A stretch of DNA of 64,000 bases, from the NCBI GenBank assembly GCA_013265495.1, contig MU058781.1, positions 11,141,009 through 11,205,008 on the forward strand, read 5' to 3'. Positions within the stretch are counted from its first letter, which is position 1; the number at the start of each line of letters is the position of its first letter. The stretch is from Vicugna vicugna (lineage: Eukaryota). The notes beneath the pieces are model-generated. The model was not told where the DNA came from and ran no database searches. It saw only the letters and a list, made by a program, of their open reading frames with translations. Of the stretch, positions 12,761 through 26,329 are shown in pieces. Both the position numbers and the translations under genes were made by a program.

Positions 12761-13831
12761 AAAATTCTCCCCCACAGCCATCTTTATTTTAATCTGATGT
12801 CTCTGTCTAGTCTATTCTTTTAACCATCATATAGTCCACACAGGCCACTGTCCATTCAGTAACAGTAGGGTCCAACCAGGGACTTAAGAGAAACTGGAGG
12901 GAATCATCACTGAGGGGCAAACATAATACAGAACAGGGCAGGTTGTGGAAGATGCACTTGCCTGACCCATGACTTGCTCTCCCGTCAGGCAGAGTTTCAA
13001 ATACAGAGATGGAACCATGACCTTCACAGCATCCCTGCTATCTGACCTGCCTTACTTCTCTGCTTTCTAGTTTGTTGTCTCTCTCCCTCATGAGAATGTG
13101 AGAATATTCGCTGCCTGAAAGCCGGGATGATGCCTCCTTTGCTCACCCCCTGGATCACCAAGAGGACACTGGCCCAGTCCAGCCCTCAGAACCACGATAC
13201 ACGGGCTGTCCTTTCTGGGACCAGGCCAGGAGCCCCAGTTACAGAAGCTGGCCCACAAAGAAGGAAAATATACCGGGCCAGATGCTGACTCTTTCTCTGT
13301 AAAACATACTGTCTTTTCTGCATGCAGGAGAAGTGTCCTTTTGAAAGAACACGCACCTGTTTCCTGGTACACTCCTTTCCAGCCGGCTTAGACCTGGGTC
13401 AAGTCAAGGCAAAGAAACAGCCCTTCCCTCCCCTCCTCCCCCACTACCACCCAGTGTCATTACTTAGGGAAACCTTCATCTCAAACGGAAATCGGGAATC
13501 GGTGAGATGGGGAAGGAACTAATGGCAGGAGGCGTGAAAAAAAAAAGACCAGAAGTGTAATTATTTACAGGATGAAAAGGTTGTTCTCTGGGTGCTGTGC
13601 AGAGACACGATGCAATGGAACTATTCCCATCACATTAATAATCATAATAAAAAGGCCTTCACCTCCCATGGCAAGAAGCTGCAAATCTAAATAATTTTAT
13701 CTTCGCCTCTATTTCCCAGGATACAACAGGCACTCTCAGGCAGAGAGAAATTATTCACTGAGAACATTAAAATACTCCCTTCCGAAAACGACTTCAGGAT
13801 AATATTTGTTATGTGACTTTGGTGATTTTAT

Positions 13832-13863
<32 letters not shown>

Positions 13864-13874
13864 ACACACACACA
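13832..13874. repeat. (CA)n microsatellite, one interruption
   Basis: Directly visible. Confidence 0.95.
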
Positions 13875-15799
13875 TATAAATTTCTGTTACTAAAATGTTC
13901 AATTTTGTTGATGGAGCAGTTTAAACTTTATACAGCAATTTCATCTACTGTAACAGATATAAAAAGATACATGTCTATGCCACATCTGAACCATCAGTCA
14001 TATCCATCTAACCAAGCAGTGCATTTTAAAACGTATTCATATGAAATGCCATAAAATCAAAGTACCACATCTCAATTAACCAGGCACAGAAATAGTTTAA
14101 CTATTCTCCTACAGCATAATAAATATTAACTCATTGAGTTTTCAAACACCCAAGCAATGGATGCTTATACCTCCCCTGCAAACAGAAGGATGTGTTTCTC
14201 TTTTAAATGAGCACACTGTGGCTGCTGTATTTCAGAACTTTGTCTTCTGTGCAAGTTCGCAAAGTTAACTCAATCAGTACGTTCAGACAGTAAACACACT
14301 GACAAATACTAACGTGTAAGCCAGAAGGCCATCAAAATTAATTAGATCATTATATTTTAAAGCCTCAAAGGACTCGAGAAAGCAAATGGTTCTACCCTTT
14401 CATTTTCCAATTTGAGAACAAAATTGGGGGATAATTTGCTCAAGGCATGCCTAGACCTATATTTCTCACTTCACACATGCAATGCTCTTTAATTTACAGT
14501 AGGCTATGTCTGGTTGATAGACAAAATATTACTGGGGGGAGAGGGGTGCTGAACATGGGAAACAGTTCCTCATGTTGCTTTTGCAACCATGGAATTCTCT
14601 CTCTGTAGCTTAATACAGCGCCTTCTGGAGAGTCAGTGCTCTGGAAATAGTTGCTAAATGTGAATGAATGAATGCAGTTCTTGGAAAAAGTATATTTGCT
14701 TCAAATGATACTTCTGGCCATGGGAAAACCTAGCAGGCTTTCCTTCCTGTATTTGCCTAGGAGCCCCTACCTTGGGAAACGGCTCTCACAGTCTGAAGCG
14801 CATTAGAGTGTGACTCTCCCGGGCAGCACTTGATGGTTTCCCCTACGTTGAATTCATTTTTTTCCCTATTTCTAATGTGTTTTCAAGTGGCTACAGACTC
14901 AGTAGGCAAGATGTCCTTATCTGATTACAATGGCCATCAGATTTCAGGAGAAAGTTCTGATAAAGTTTGATAATTCCAAACGTCATACGATACTAAATTT
15001 AGATGTACTGATGTGCACTTTTCCAGAATAAGCCTATTAGTCTGATTCGCTCAGTGTATAATCAAGGGAGGTTCTGTTTCCTGGACTTTTGCCTGATTCC
15101 CTTCCTAAATAAGTTACACTTTTTATAAGTTAAGCCTCTGCCCATTCATATATGGTGTGGTTGGTGGTTGTTTGCTTTTTATTTCTTTAAATCACCACTG
15201 TTTCATAAAATGCCAAACATGTATCACACTGTGCCAGTATCTCTTTGATACTGAACCCCTTGCTGAATTAACTGTTACCTATTTCATGGATATGTCTCCT
15301 TCTGCAATGAAATTACAAACTGCTTAGTGTCAGGAGGCGCGTTTACCATATCCCTGGGAACAGTCAATAAATCCATTTATTTTACCTCGGGGTTAATTGT
15401 TTGAAGCTACTGGGAAGAAAAAAACCATGTAAAAAGTGCTCTCCAGTCAAGCAGTTTAATTAGAAACCTACTCCTTCTAGAATTGTTTGTCTGCATTTCA
15501 GAAAGGAGGGAATAATGGAAAGCAGTCCAAAATAAGCATGTCGTTAATGAGGGTCATTCTTTCTTTTTTTTTTTTCACAGAATTGCTAGTTTCATAGATG
15601 AGGGAAACACCAAACATAGAATATCTGCATTTCAACATAACAGTTAATGAATTCACTTGTCGACATTTCTTTGTGTTAAAAATGGTGAAATTCAGGATGG
15701 GAAATAGCATGAGTATGTGTATTTAAGTGGGTTCATTCATCCACTATTTTACTCAACAAATACTTGCTGAGTCTCTACAAAGATCAGATTAAATACAAA

Positions 15800-16090
15800 T
15801 TATGGTCATCCTTTGGTATTCGTGAGGGAGCTGATTCCAGTGGTCCCAGGACCCCCACGGATAACAAAATCTCTACACGCTCAAGTCCCTTATATAACGA
15901 GGCATAGTGTCTGCATATAACCTACCCTAGATCACTTATAATGCCTAATACAATGTAAATTCTATGTAAATAGTTGCCAGTGCGCACAAATTCAAATTTT
16001 GCTTTATAGAGCTCTCTGGAATATTTTTTCCAAATACTTTCCTGCAGTTGGTTGAATATGCAGATGCAGAACTCATGGAAGGAGCACATT
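15800..16090. mobile_element. MER2-like TcMar-Tigger non-autonomous DNA transposon
   Basis: CCAGGACCCCCACGGATAACAAAATC...GCTCAAGTCCCTTATATAA...AATACAATGTAAAT...GTTGGTTGAATATGCAGATGCAGAAC. Confidence 0.85.
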
Positions 16091-18549
16091 TAAACTGAGT
16101 CTTAAAAACAAGTAAGTTAAAACAAAAAGAAGTTTGGGTGGCAGTATAAACGGGGAGAATTTCAGACAAAGACAACAGTAAGAACCAAGAGTGAGTATGG
16201 GCGTGGAGGAAATGCCGAGCCATTTAATGTTGTGAAAGCATCGACCCCAGTTTAGGGGGTGTAGGAAGATGATGATGCGAAAGAGTCATGAACTTGAAGA
16301 CCTCCAGCTTTGTCTGGTCGGTGACAGGGAGCCACTGAAGAGTTTCAAGCATGTGAACCACACATAGCCAAATTCTCGTTCAGGCAAGTGACATTGGAAA
16401 CGAGTATAGAACAGAGCTCAGGGAGAACGAAGCCAGGGAGCTAGAAGAACCAGAGCTGAAAGATACAGAGAGAATGTTCTGGATGTTTGTGTCCTTGGCT
16501 CCAAGTTCTGAGGTCCCTGGCTTTGCCCTGGGCTTTAAAATTCTTTTTTCAATTTTGTAAATTATCTATTTCAATATTCAAAGTCACTTTCGACAAAAAT
16601 ATACATGTAATGAGATCATTCGATTAAACTTAGAAAATAACACAACCGTCCAAGCTGGTGTGAGATGTACAGAAAATAGAAACGAAACAGATTATGTTTT
16701 TCCATTTTTCAAGTCAGAACATTTTTCAGGACTAAATGTGACAGGCAATACATAGGTGCTGTGGACAGGGAAAACAGATATGGAAACCAGCAAGTACAGG
16801 TATGTCCAATAAGTGCACATAGATTTGTGTGTAGATATAATGCAGTTAAAATATGCATCAAGGTCATTCGTGGCATTATCTGCAGGTTAAGCCATCAAAA
16901 TATTTGAGAACAGTGGCACTGACCAGTTAGAAACTCATAACCAACTAGTGTGGCTATTGGCCATCATAATAAGTACCAGCTGAAAATCAGCCCTGATCAT
17001 AGTCAGATTACGTCTTTTAATTCACCCTAAAAATTAATTATCCTCTTTGAATCCTCAGTGGCTTTAACGGGATATATCAGAAAGTAGGAAGAGGTTAGAG
17101 GTAGTAATTGAACATTGAGTTCATGCCAGTTTTTCTGATTACAGGCATCATGCAATTTACTTCCAACTAATTGAACTGTAAAGCTTTTTCCATGGGGGTT
17201 TTGGGCTAAATTTGAAATTGGGGGACTTTCATAGAATCCTTTGGTCAACAAGATAAGAACAGGCCTATTCGGTTGTATTGCTTTTCAAGCTATTTCCATT
17301 AGCTGATTTACATAGTGGGCCTAGGTAGTGGAAAACCATTCATGTTATTATTCATAGATTAGTAGACATTTTGGAATTAATGACTTACAGACTAGAGGAC
17401 TAGTCAGTTTCAAAATCTGAGTAATCCATAGAGGCTAATCAGCACTCCACCAGCACACAGGCGCTGGACAGACAGAACATGTTTGATAGCAGTATGCTGG
17501 GGGCAGAAATAAGAGACAGCCCACACGGAGAAGCACCTGACAAGGCTGGGAGGACAAAGAACCAACCCTTCGTGCAGCTGAGAGTTTAGGACATTCATAA
17601 AGCTTCCACTGCCCAAAAGCAGCAGGGGCGGCTTCATTGCAGTTAAGAGAATGGGGAGGAAATTGAATATTATAACAAGAAAATGGGCTCCTGCTTGTGC
17701 ACAACTATTTGTGTTAAGTCAGAATGTCTGCTCACAAAGTGCTTAATATTGGTATCAAGACAACCAGTAACAATGAAAGTAATTATAGTTATGCATAGGG
17801 GACGATTCATCAAGGTAAACATTTAAAGGGGAAAAAAACCAGCTCTTGGGTTTTACTTTGAAGTTCTCCTACAGGCCTCTCCAAGACTATGACCAAAAGG
17901 ATAGAAAGAACTGTGAGACTTGAACTTCTCCAATGCTAGCGTCTTCTCCGTGGAGATTCCAGGAAGGTGGGACATTTTATGTAAATATATTTCACGTCAT
18001 CGTACACTACAGCTTGACTATGTCTCAAGAGCAGGTCTCATTTACAGGTCACAATAAAAGGTACAATCGCTGGCTTTCTTTGTCTTTTTATGGGAATGTT
18101 TCAATTTAGAAGTGAAAATTAAAAGATTTGGCGGAAAAGTATGCAGTGAATCTTATTTTTAAAATACCATGTATCCTCTGGGATTTTAAAATAATTTCTA
18201 AAATATTCCCTAACTATAAAAACTCTAGGGCAAAAAAAAACACTATTTTTCCATATTCATGAAAAGTTCACTAGGGAGAATGTTTAAATATCTTTTGGCA
18301 GTGTTTTAAAAGACTTACAAAGCACTCTGAGAGTAATCTCAAAAGAGTGTATTTAAATAGGCCACCCTCCCCAAAGTTCTTCAAACCTGTGATTATTTAC
18401 TGTATGTCTTCCTATATTTTAATGCTTTATTCCTAAAGGATAGTAGGTCATATGAGTGTGTTTCATATTTTACTGGCTTTACAAATGGAAAATATAATTT
18501 TCTCCAAGAGAAATGACCCAAATAGCCAATTCATATTTTGTTATTATTT

Positions 18550-19010
18550 AATGGCTCCTGTATCAGCTACAAAATGAAATCCCAGCTCCTTAGCCAGGTC
18601 TTGGTTGTCCTTTGAGTTCTATGTGTGGCCTCCTTTTCCAACTTCATGTCTTTCCACCCCATTCCATCACTTTACTGACCAGCCCCCAACTCACTGTATT
18701 CACCCGCGTCTCAGAGCCTGGACACGTGCCCGTTCTCTGCCTGGAATATCTTGCTTCTCTTAGTCTACCTGGAGAAGGTTTATCTCAGCCTCAGCTCTAG
18801 AGTCTTCCCTGACCTGTCCCCGTCCTCCCTCCTCACCCACCCACCCAGGCAGAGCCACGCCTCTGTTACAGTGTTGACCACAGCACGGAGACCCTGAACT
18901 CCCTGAGGACAGGCACTGCCCTTTGTCCATGCAGCACAGAGCTGGATGAGGCAGGCGATCAAGAAATGGATGAACAAATGAAGGAGTGAAGGATTAAATG
19001 AATGAATATA
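18550..19010 (+). mobile_element. L2 3' fragment
   Basis: AATGGCTCC...TCTGCCTGGAAT...CTCCCTGAGGACAGG, ending in TGAATGAAT. Confidence 0.7.
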
Positions 19011-19319
19011 TTCCACTGAGAAGGGACTGCAGATTTCCAGTCAAGACAGTGGGGGAGTCTATCCTCTGAGGTATCTCCTCTGTCTAAACACAAAGTAATG
19101 AGAGAGAAAAATTAAAGATAGCCGGACTCAGAAACAAGCTAAACCTCTCAGTAATCAAAGAGCAGAACAGGTGGAGAGCAGGGCTGAAACCCTGGGCTTA
19201 CGAGTTCCCCATCCAGAAAAAGGGAGTAGCTGGGGGAAACTCCACACCTGCTGGGTAACCAAGTCTTGTCCCCTTTGTGATGGGAACCAAAGCCAGGTCT
19301 GGCGTGAGACTGCACACCT

Positions 19320-19540
19320 CTGCAGAGTCAGGCAGACCAGGTTTAACCCAGGCTCCTCCACCTGCTAGCTGCGTGATTCTGGGCACGTCACCAAACCTAC
19401 TCATGCCTCACTTTCCGTATTTGTAGGACAAGGCTAATTAAGGGTCCGACCACATGGGGTGGTTAGGACTGAATGAATTAGTGTATTTAAAGTGCCTGAA
19501 TAATGCCTGGCATTTTACAAGTGTTGACTATTATTATTAC
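19320..19540 (+). mobile_element. MIR SINE
   Basis: GAGTCAGGCAGACCAGGTTT...CTAGCTGCGTGATTCTGGGCA...GCCTCACTTTCC...TAAAGTGCCTGAATAATGCCTGGCA. Confidence 0.8.
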
Positions 19541-21094
19541 TACTGTTATCATTATCATTATTCAGAGAATGACAAAATTCCACTTGCCTATTGTGGCGAA
19601 GGGCTGCAGCTTATGTGGGGCTGAGGACTAGTTTGGATGGAAGGCCCAGGCAGGGCCTGTGGCCATGAGCTGGACCAAGTTGTCACTGGATCCATGACTG
19701 ATTCTGCCATGAGTTGGAGATCGTATGGGGCAGGAATCCAATTCCAGGCTTCTGAAAGCAGAGAGATGCAACCCAAAACCACAGGGCTGGGTGTCGGGGC
19801 AGAGTGGGCAATGAAGAGAGGTCAGGAGAGAGACAGACAGAGGTCTAGAGATAAAACTCCGTGTGTCCTCACCACCTGCTTCATCACTTGAGTGAATATT
19901 TACTTCCAGTCTCAATGCCTGTGTTTATTTCAGAACTTACACCTATAATGATCATTAATAAGGCTTATTATGCAGCTTCCTGCCAAAGGGAACTCATCTT
20001 GTCATCAACATATGGTATCATCCAAAAGACCTCTAAACAGACAACCAATGTTTCTGCTTTGGAAGCAAAGAGTTGCCATAAACAGAACATTTTCATTCTA
20101 AAAAGTAAAATCCAGAAGACTTCAAAGGGAATGGATTATGTTGCTGCTAACAGTTAAAATCTGCTACTGTTCCTAAGATCTTGAAAGGAAAATCCAGAAA
20201 TGGTGACCGTCTCTGTTTGCTTCTAACAGTTCAGATGTAAACACAAGTAAGTACACAAAGATTTGGAACCAAGAAGCCTAATCGAAAGATTTTTCTTAAA
20301 AAAAACCTTTTTTAAACCAGTGAGACTGGTTTAAAAGTAAATAAGGGTGGTGGGAAAAGGACAGAAAATCTACCCACTATAAAATTACAGGAGGTGACTA
20401 GGAATCACTCTGACCTTTCAACACAAGGTTGTTTTCTAAGTAACTCATCTTTCCTATAAACGTGTATATACTTCCTCTTGCTTTTCTCCATGAAGCATAC
20501 ATAATGAAGCGAAGAGAAACTGTTGTGAAATGAGTTCCATTTTCTCACTCATTTTCATTATAAAATCAGAAGTGTATATCCACAGAAAAAGGTAACCCCA
20601 ACTAAAATATCTGGTGAAACAGCTTATCGAGGCTCAGGCTTGTCTTAATACATGTAAAGGGAGTCAACTACAGTTATGTTTTGAATAATCCCAAGAAAAC
20701 CCCATGAAAAATGTTTTTCTAGCCAGTGCCTACTACCTGGAATTTCACGAAAATTATCTCAGCAAGTGCCAAACAATGAGACTATTTTTTTTTAACTTGG
20801 TGCAACTGAGCTTGTAGTCTTTTCAACAGGCAATTTTATCAGGGAGGGAGAGGAACAGGAGATAGTTGGAGGGCTCTAGTCCTCTAAAGATGAGGCACAC
20901 CAAAGGTTGCATGTGCTAAAGAAGGGAAGCAGATACTGAAAGAGAGGAAGGTGAGTGCTCCAAACTTCCCAAATAAAACTACACTCAGTCACTCACAAAC
21001 ATATACTGGGCTCTCTTCAGTTCAACTGAGGACTGGTTATGCATCGTCAGCACACACAAAGAGAAACTGGTTTAAAGGAGGGCAGTCTGGAACA

Positions 21095-21575
21095 CAGGTG
21101 CAGCAAAGGGCTCTGGAGCCAGAGTGATCTGTGTTGAAATGCGGCTCTGTCCCTTAAAAGATGTATGATCATAAGTCTGTTCTTTAATCTTTCTTCAGCT
21201 CAGTTTCCAGATTGGAAATGAAACACCTTCAGCTGTTGTGGGTAATCTATGAAAATATATCATAAAGTGCTTTGCAGAACACCAGCATTAAGGAGCTGCT
21301 CAGAAAATTTAGCCATCCTTGTTACCGCAAGACACGGCATGCAGGAGTTCTGCGGAGCTGGCTTTGGGTTCCAGCCTGGACCCGCTCCCTCTCCAGATGT
21401 AGGGCCTCACACACAAGTTACGTGCTTTGAACCTCTTCAGGTCTCAGGTTCCTGATCTGCAAGACTGAGCTAGCAGCTGCCTCATGGCACTGTTATGAAA
21501 ATTAAATTATACCACATGCATAAAGACAGTATAGTGCCTGGCACCCTGAAGTCCTTAATCAATGTTAGGCACAAT
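21095..21575 (+). mobile_element. Two tandem MIR SINEs (about 21095-21295 and 21345-21575)
   Basis: GGCTCTGGAGCCAG...CTCAGTTTCC...TAAAGTGCTT, then TCTCAGGTTCCTGATCTGCAA...AGTGCCTGGCAC. Confidence 0.7.
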
Positions 21576-22954
21576 TTGCTAAAAACCAGTTCAAATGGCG
21601 AGGGATATGTGATTTAAGCAAAGGTCACATAGTGACCTTTGGAATATTAAGACGCTAAGAGGCAATTTTTAATTTGTAATTCCCTTGAGGGCAGAAACAT
21701 CTCTCTACTACATGCCTGGGCCTCCATATATTGGTGACTGAACCATATACAAAGATGTGTCAACTCACCTCATATAAAACACACAACAAAGAAAAATGAC
21801 TATAAACATTTTCATAATACGAACTTCTGCATACATGTTAAATTAAAGTAGGAGCTCAGTAGGGAACAGCTAGGAAGATGTTTGAAAATATAAAGCATCT
21901 GTCTTCACATTATGCCAATTAACCTAATGGCCTTACTCCTTTAAGACTGTAACTGCCAATTATCAACGTGCCACCCAGTGAAAAGCTTTAGTTTCTTTTC
22001 TGCATTTAATCATCTTAGGTATTTGTTTTCAGGCATGAAATAGAAAGGTGTAAAATGAGGTGACCATAATCTCGAAGATTCCTTCTACTTTGATTTCCAT
22101 TCTTCTTTTTCAATATCATAAAACTCAATCCTCCAATAAGCCATTCATTCTGAAGTGACTCACTTAAGTACACTGGGTGATTCCCTAAACACAGGAATTA
22201 GCACAGAGAAAGGCTCTGCTTTATGATTCTATTTAAAAGAAAGTTAATGTGAGCTGACTGCTTTCAATACCTCCATAATTAAAAATATGCTACAATCACA
22301 GCTCCGTGGAGACAAGCTAGACTTGCTGAAACCTATTTAACTAGTATAAATTACTAAAATTCTACTTAGGGATCTTATGGTTTGAGTTTCGTGTTGGAAG
22401 ACAATTTTCTATTCACTAAGATACTTTCTAAAATGTATTCAATTGAGAAGTTCAATATAGCTTCTCTTCTAAATTTTTCCAACAGTAAAGCCCTAACTTT
22501 GCTCACAGCTGAGCTGCTGTGACACACAGTCATGTAACCTTTCCTGAAGGAATAAGTTCAGAAGTTTCAAGATGAGGGGTGGATGTGTTAGTTGCAAAAA
22601 GCCTATATTTTAAGTATCTATCTCCATTATACCCCTGTGTGCATTTTATCCAAACCTAAATAAACCCAACCAAAAGTGTCTGAGTAATGAACAAAAATAT
22701 TAAGGAGAGAGACTTCATTGAAAGGACTGCCAAATATTTTGAGGACCACATTTCTCAAGAATATTGTGCGCTTAGCCTGGTGCTTGGAGATGGACTTGAT
22801 TCTTGTACCCACCTCCCCGACCTCATTTCCCTTTATGTTAACTACATTTAAGGGGAAATATTATTTAAATTGTGATTTTAAGAGTTAAAGCTCTTTTTTC
22901 TTTCTGCTTCTGAGTCAGATCACTGATTATCATCTAACAGGATGAAATACATTA

Positions 22955-23951
22955 CGTATGGAGGAAAAATAACTTTTACTCTACCCCTCTGCCAACTAAA
23001 AAATTGTCACTTGCCATCTGTTTCCATAAGAATGAAGTCACCAGCCATCACAGCCACTGACCTTCAAATTCCCTGAAAGGAGTTCAGGGTGGAGATCAGG
23101 AATGAGGCACTCTGTGCTTTGGGAAAAACTGGCAAAACAGGCCTTCAGACAGTTAGATATTTTCAGGAGCCCAAATTCTTGCATCTCCTCCTGTCTAGAA
23201 AAGCACTAAAATCTTTAATAGTGACATCTGCTCTTCTTGCCTAGCAGCAAGCCTCTGCCTAAATGCATGGATGACTGTACACACCCCCCTTCACTAAAAT
23301 CATATATAGCACTGATGTTCCCCCACTACTGTTGGAGCAGTTCCTCAGAGCTATCTGAGAGGCTCTCTCCAGGGCTGTGGTCCTCATTTTGCCCCAAATA
23401 AAACTTAACTCACAACTCTCATGTTCCTTTTTTTTTTCCGTCAACACCTCTAAAGTTTAGTGACTGGGGTTTGTGAATTAAACTGACACAAAATTAACAG
23501 GGGAAAAGGTTGATTCACATGCACAGGGAGGCTTCACAGAAAAGAAGTGAAAACCCAAAAAAGTAGTTGGGACTAGCGGTTTATATACCATTTTAACAAA
23601 AAATGCTAAACTGTAGAAAAGTGACTAGACAAAGGAGGAGGAGTTGGGGCTTCTAGGGGTGGTAAATTGCTGGATGGTAAATATACAGCTGAAACTAATG
23701 GAGGTTTGTTGATACCATCTTAAGTCAGTGCCATCTCCAGTGGTAAGAGCCTTCCTGGGTGATTAAGAGTTGTTCTCTTCCTGGTATGGGAGAGGGAGAC
23801 AACTTCACACATGGAAATTTAGGCTCTGTTTTTACACAGAAAGGAAGAGGACAGAAAGTTCCTCCGATGTCCTGTTTCTCAATGGCCTTCAGTTCAAAAT
23901 AAATCTTGTGCCAAAGTGGCATATATTGGGGTGATGGGTTGATCCCCTTCA
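22955..23951 (-). mobile_element. Solo LTR, MER34-like (ERV1), split by a nested LTR
   Basis: Minus strand starts TGAAGGGGATC...CACCCCAATATATGCCACTTTGGCACAAGATTTATTTTGAACTGAAGGCCATTGAGAAAC and ends TTTTTCCTCCATACG. Confidence 0.8.
22990..23446 (+). mobile_element. Solo LTR, MER41-like artiodactyl ERV1 family, nested in the MER34-like LTR
   Basis: TG...CA termini (TGCCAAC...GTCAACA), AATAAA at about 23397, 4-bp TSD CCTC at 22986-22989 and 23447-23450. Family name is from recall. Confidence 0.78.
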
Positions 23952-25599
23952 CTCACTTTTAGAATGACCATGTAGCAATGAGAGAAGACAGCAGTGAGCC
24001 CATTCATCAGCCACTGATCACAGTGGCCTGTACTTTGAGCATAAGTGTAATCTGAGAGGCTTTACTGGTAGGCTCAAGTGCTTTGTGATTTGCTGGGTTT
24101 GACCCCAGTTCCTGGCAGCCTTCCTCTCCCATCCTCTTCATCAGATAATCTTTCACCTGAGGGATTCAGAGGTAGGGGTGGGGGCTGAGTGGTGAAGGAC
24201 ACCAACTGGCAAAAAGAAGTTGGAATCCACCGAGCCAGGGGTGAGTGCAAACAGCTAACCCAGAGCCAAGAGGCCGGAGTCAGATTGTCAAGTCCAGATA
24301 ATAGGGCCAAGGGTCAACAAAGGGTGGACTGAATCACATGTCCTTGTCTGTTGCCAGTATTGACAGCTGACTAAGGTACAGGGCCAGAGTGGCCACACTG
24401 TGCTTAACAGGCAAGGACCAAAGGAACCCCACAGAGGTAACAATTTTGCAAATATTGTGCACGTCTTCCTTACAGCAATAAAAGATATGTCGTGAACATA
24501 CATATATTCCATGCATTCAATTTTTAAAAGCATTTTGTGCCTTCTAGTACTAAAAGGAAAAAGTTATTGGTGGTACCATCATAATATGTACAACTTGCAT
24601 ACACAAATATATATAAAATATGTGAACAATTCTAAAAAACTGACTGCTTCAGAATGGAAATAATACAAATTCTTCTGCAAAATATCATTTCCCAACTTAC
24701 ATTCCAATCCTTACACCTATCCTATTAATTCAGCACTAAAAAAAAATCCAGAAAACATAAATCACACCCTAAAGCACTGCTATACCAGGCACCAAAATTA
24801 CACAGCATGATGGTGCATAATTATGGCACTTTCCAACAGCATGTGAGAGTGTGTCACAAGCAATGAAAAATGTAATTTATTTCTACTGACAGATATTAAT
24901 TGCTCTATGTTAGAAAATATTTGAACCATTACTAATAAGCAAAAATGGTAACATAAATGCCTCAAAAACAACGGCAAGGGAAGAGGTATAGCTCTAATCA
25001 TAAAAACTTCCACAGCAGATGGAAAGGCAATTTCTCAAAGAGGACATCTATTATTAAAATTTGTAAGTTGTTGCCATGACACAGTTAGGAAGAGGCTCAA
25101 ATGTGAAGTCGCTTCCAGGAGGTCTAAAGTGTTATTAATCTCTGGTATAGCACTGGCTAATTGGAGTTCAGGATTTTGCTCTGTTTCGTTAGCAAATTGT
25201 CCTTGTTAAGGCAAAACTGGATGTTTGCGGGGGAACTTTCAGAACAAGAGCGTACATGCAGCACAGATTATTCCTTTAACAACTGAACCCCATGGTCACA
25301 AATGAATTTCACGTGTGATTTAGCAGGGTCGTGCTTTTTGCTTGTTACTACCAGGGCTACTATTACTGCTAATTGGTTTTTGTCAGTTACGTTAGCGATT
25401 ATGGGATTTGAGAGGCAATGTTAGGTTACACTGGCTTCCACAGCTGGCATGGCAAACAGAAGTCATCAGAAATCTCATGAAACTCTGCTACCTTCAAGAG
25501 AACTTTGGGCGAGCTCCTTCCACCCACCAACTTGAACACCTCCCCAAACCTGTGTCACCACCCATGCCCTTTCCATGAGAGCCTGCCTAAGCTAATCCA

Positions 25600-26250
25600 C
25601 ATCAGTACAGCACTGCTTCCCACTCTCTGCTCTTGGGCACCATTCTGACACCTTGTGTCCAAATTCTGTTCCACATCCCTACGTTCCTATATCGGTCAAT
25701 AGCACCACTGGTCTCTGAAAAATCTAGGCTGGATTTGTTGAGTTATCATTGAATCTACCTTATCTCATCCTCCTCATTAATCTGTTACCACCTTACTATG
25801 CACATTATCATCTCAAATCACATAATTTTTTCCAGGGCCTTTCTGGACTCCTACCAATTCCACCCTTTACACCAACATCAGACCATTCTCCCTAAAACAC
25901 TACGTTCATCACATGAGACTACTCTGCGCACACTCATAATCTCCAATACCTCGCCTTGGTAGCTGCAGGAAAATTTCTAAACACATTAACTTGACATGTA
26001 AGGCCCTTGATGATCTGACCTAGCCTGCCTCTAGGGACCAGGCTACCATCACTGTGCTAACTAGCACTGTTCCCTCCAGCTAGCATGGTCTCTGAAATAC
26101 AAACACAGAGTAGTTAAGCTTTCTTGCCTCTGGATTTTTGCTCAGGCAAATTCCCTGTGAACTCACATCCTTTCAAATTTCAGATCAAATTCCAGGGTCT
26201 CTACAAAACTATTTCAGCCCATAATGACTATCTCCTTCTTCCTACTGCAC
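25600..26250 (+). mobile_element. L2 fragment
   Basis: AAGGCCCTTGATGATCTGACC and TCCTTTCAAATTTCAGATCAAAT motifs. Confidence 0.55.
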
Positions 26251-26329
26251 CCGTACTGGGGGGTTGGGGGGCAGGTTCTGATTCCAGCAGGTCACAAGCC
26301 CAGTGAGGGCATGACTATGTCAAATACTT

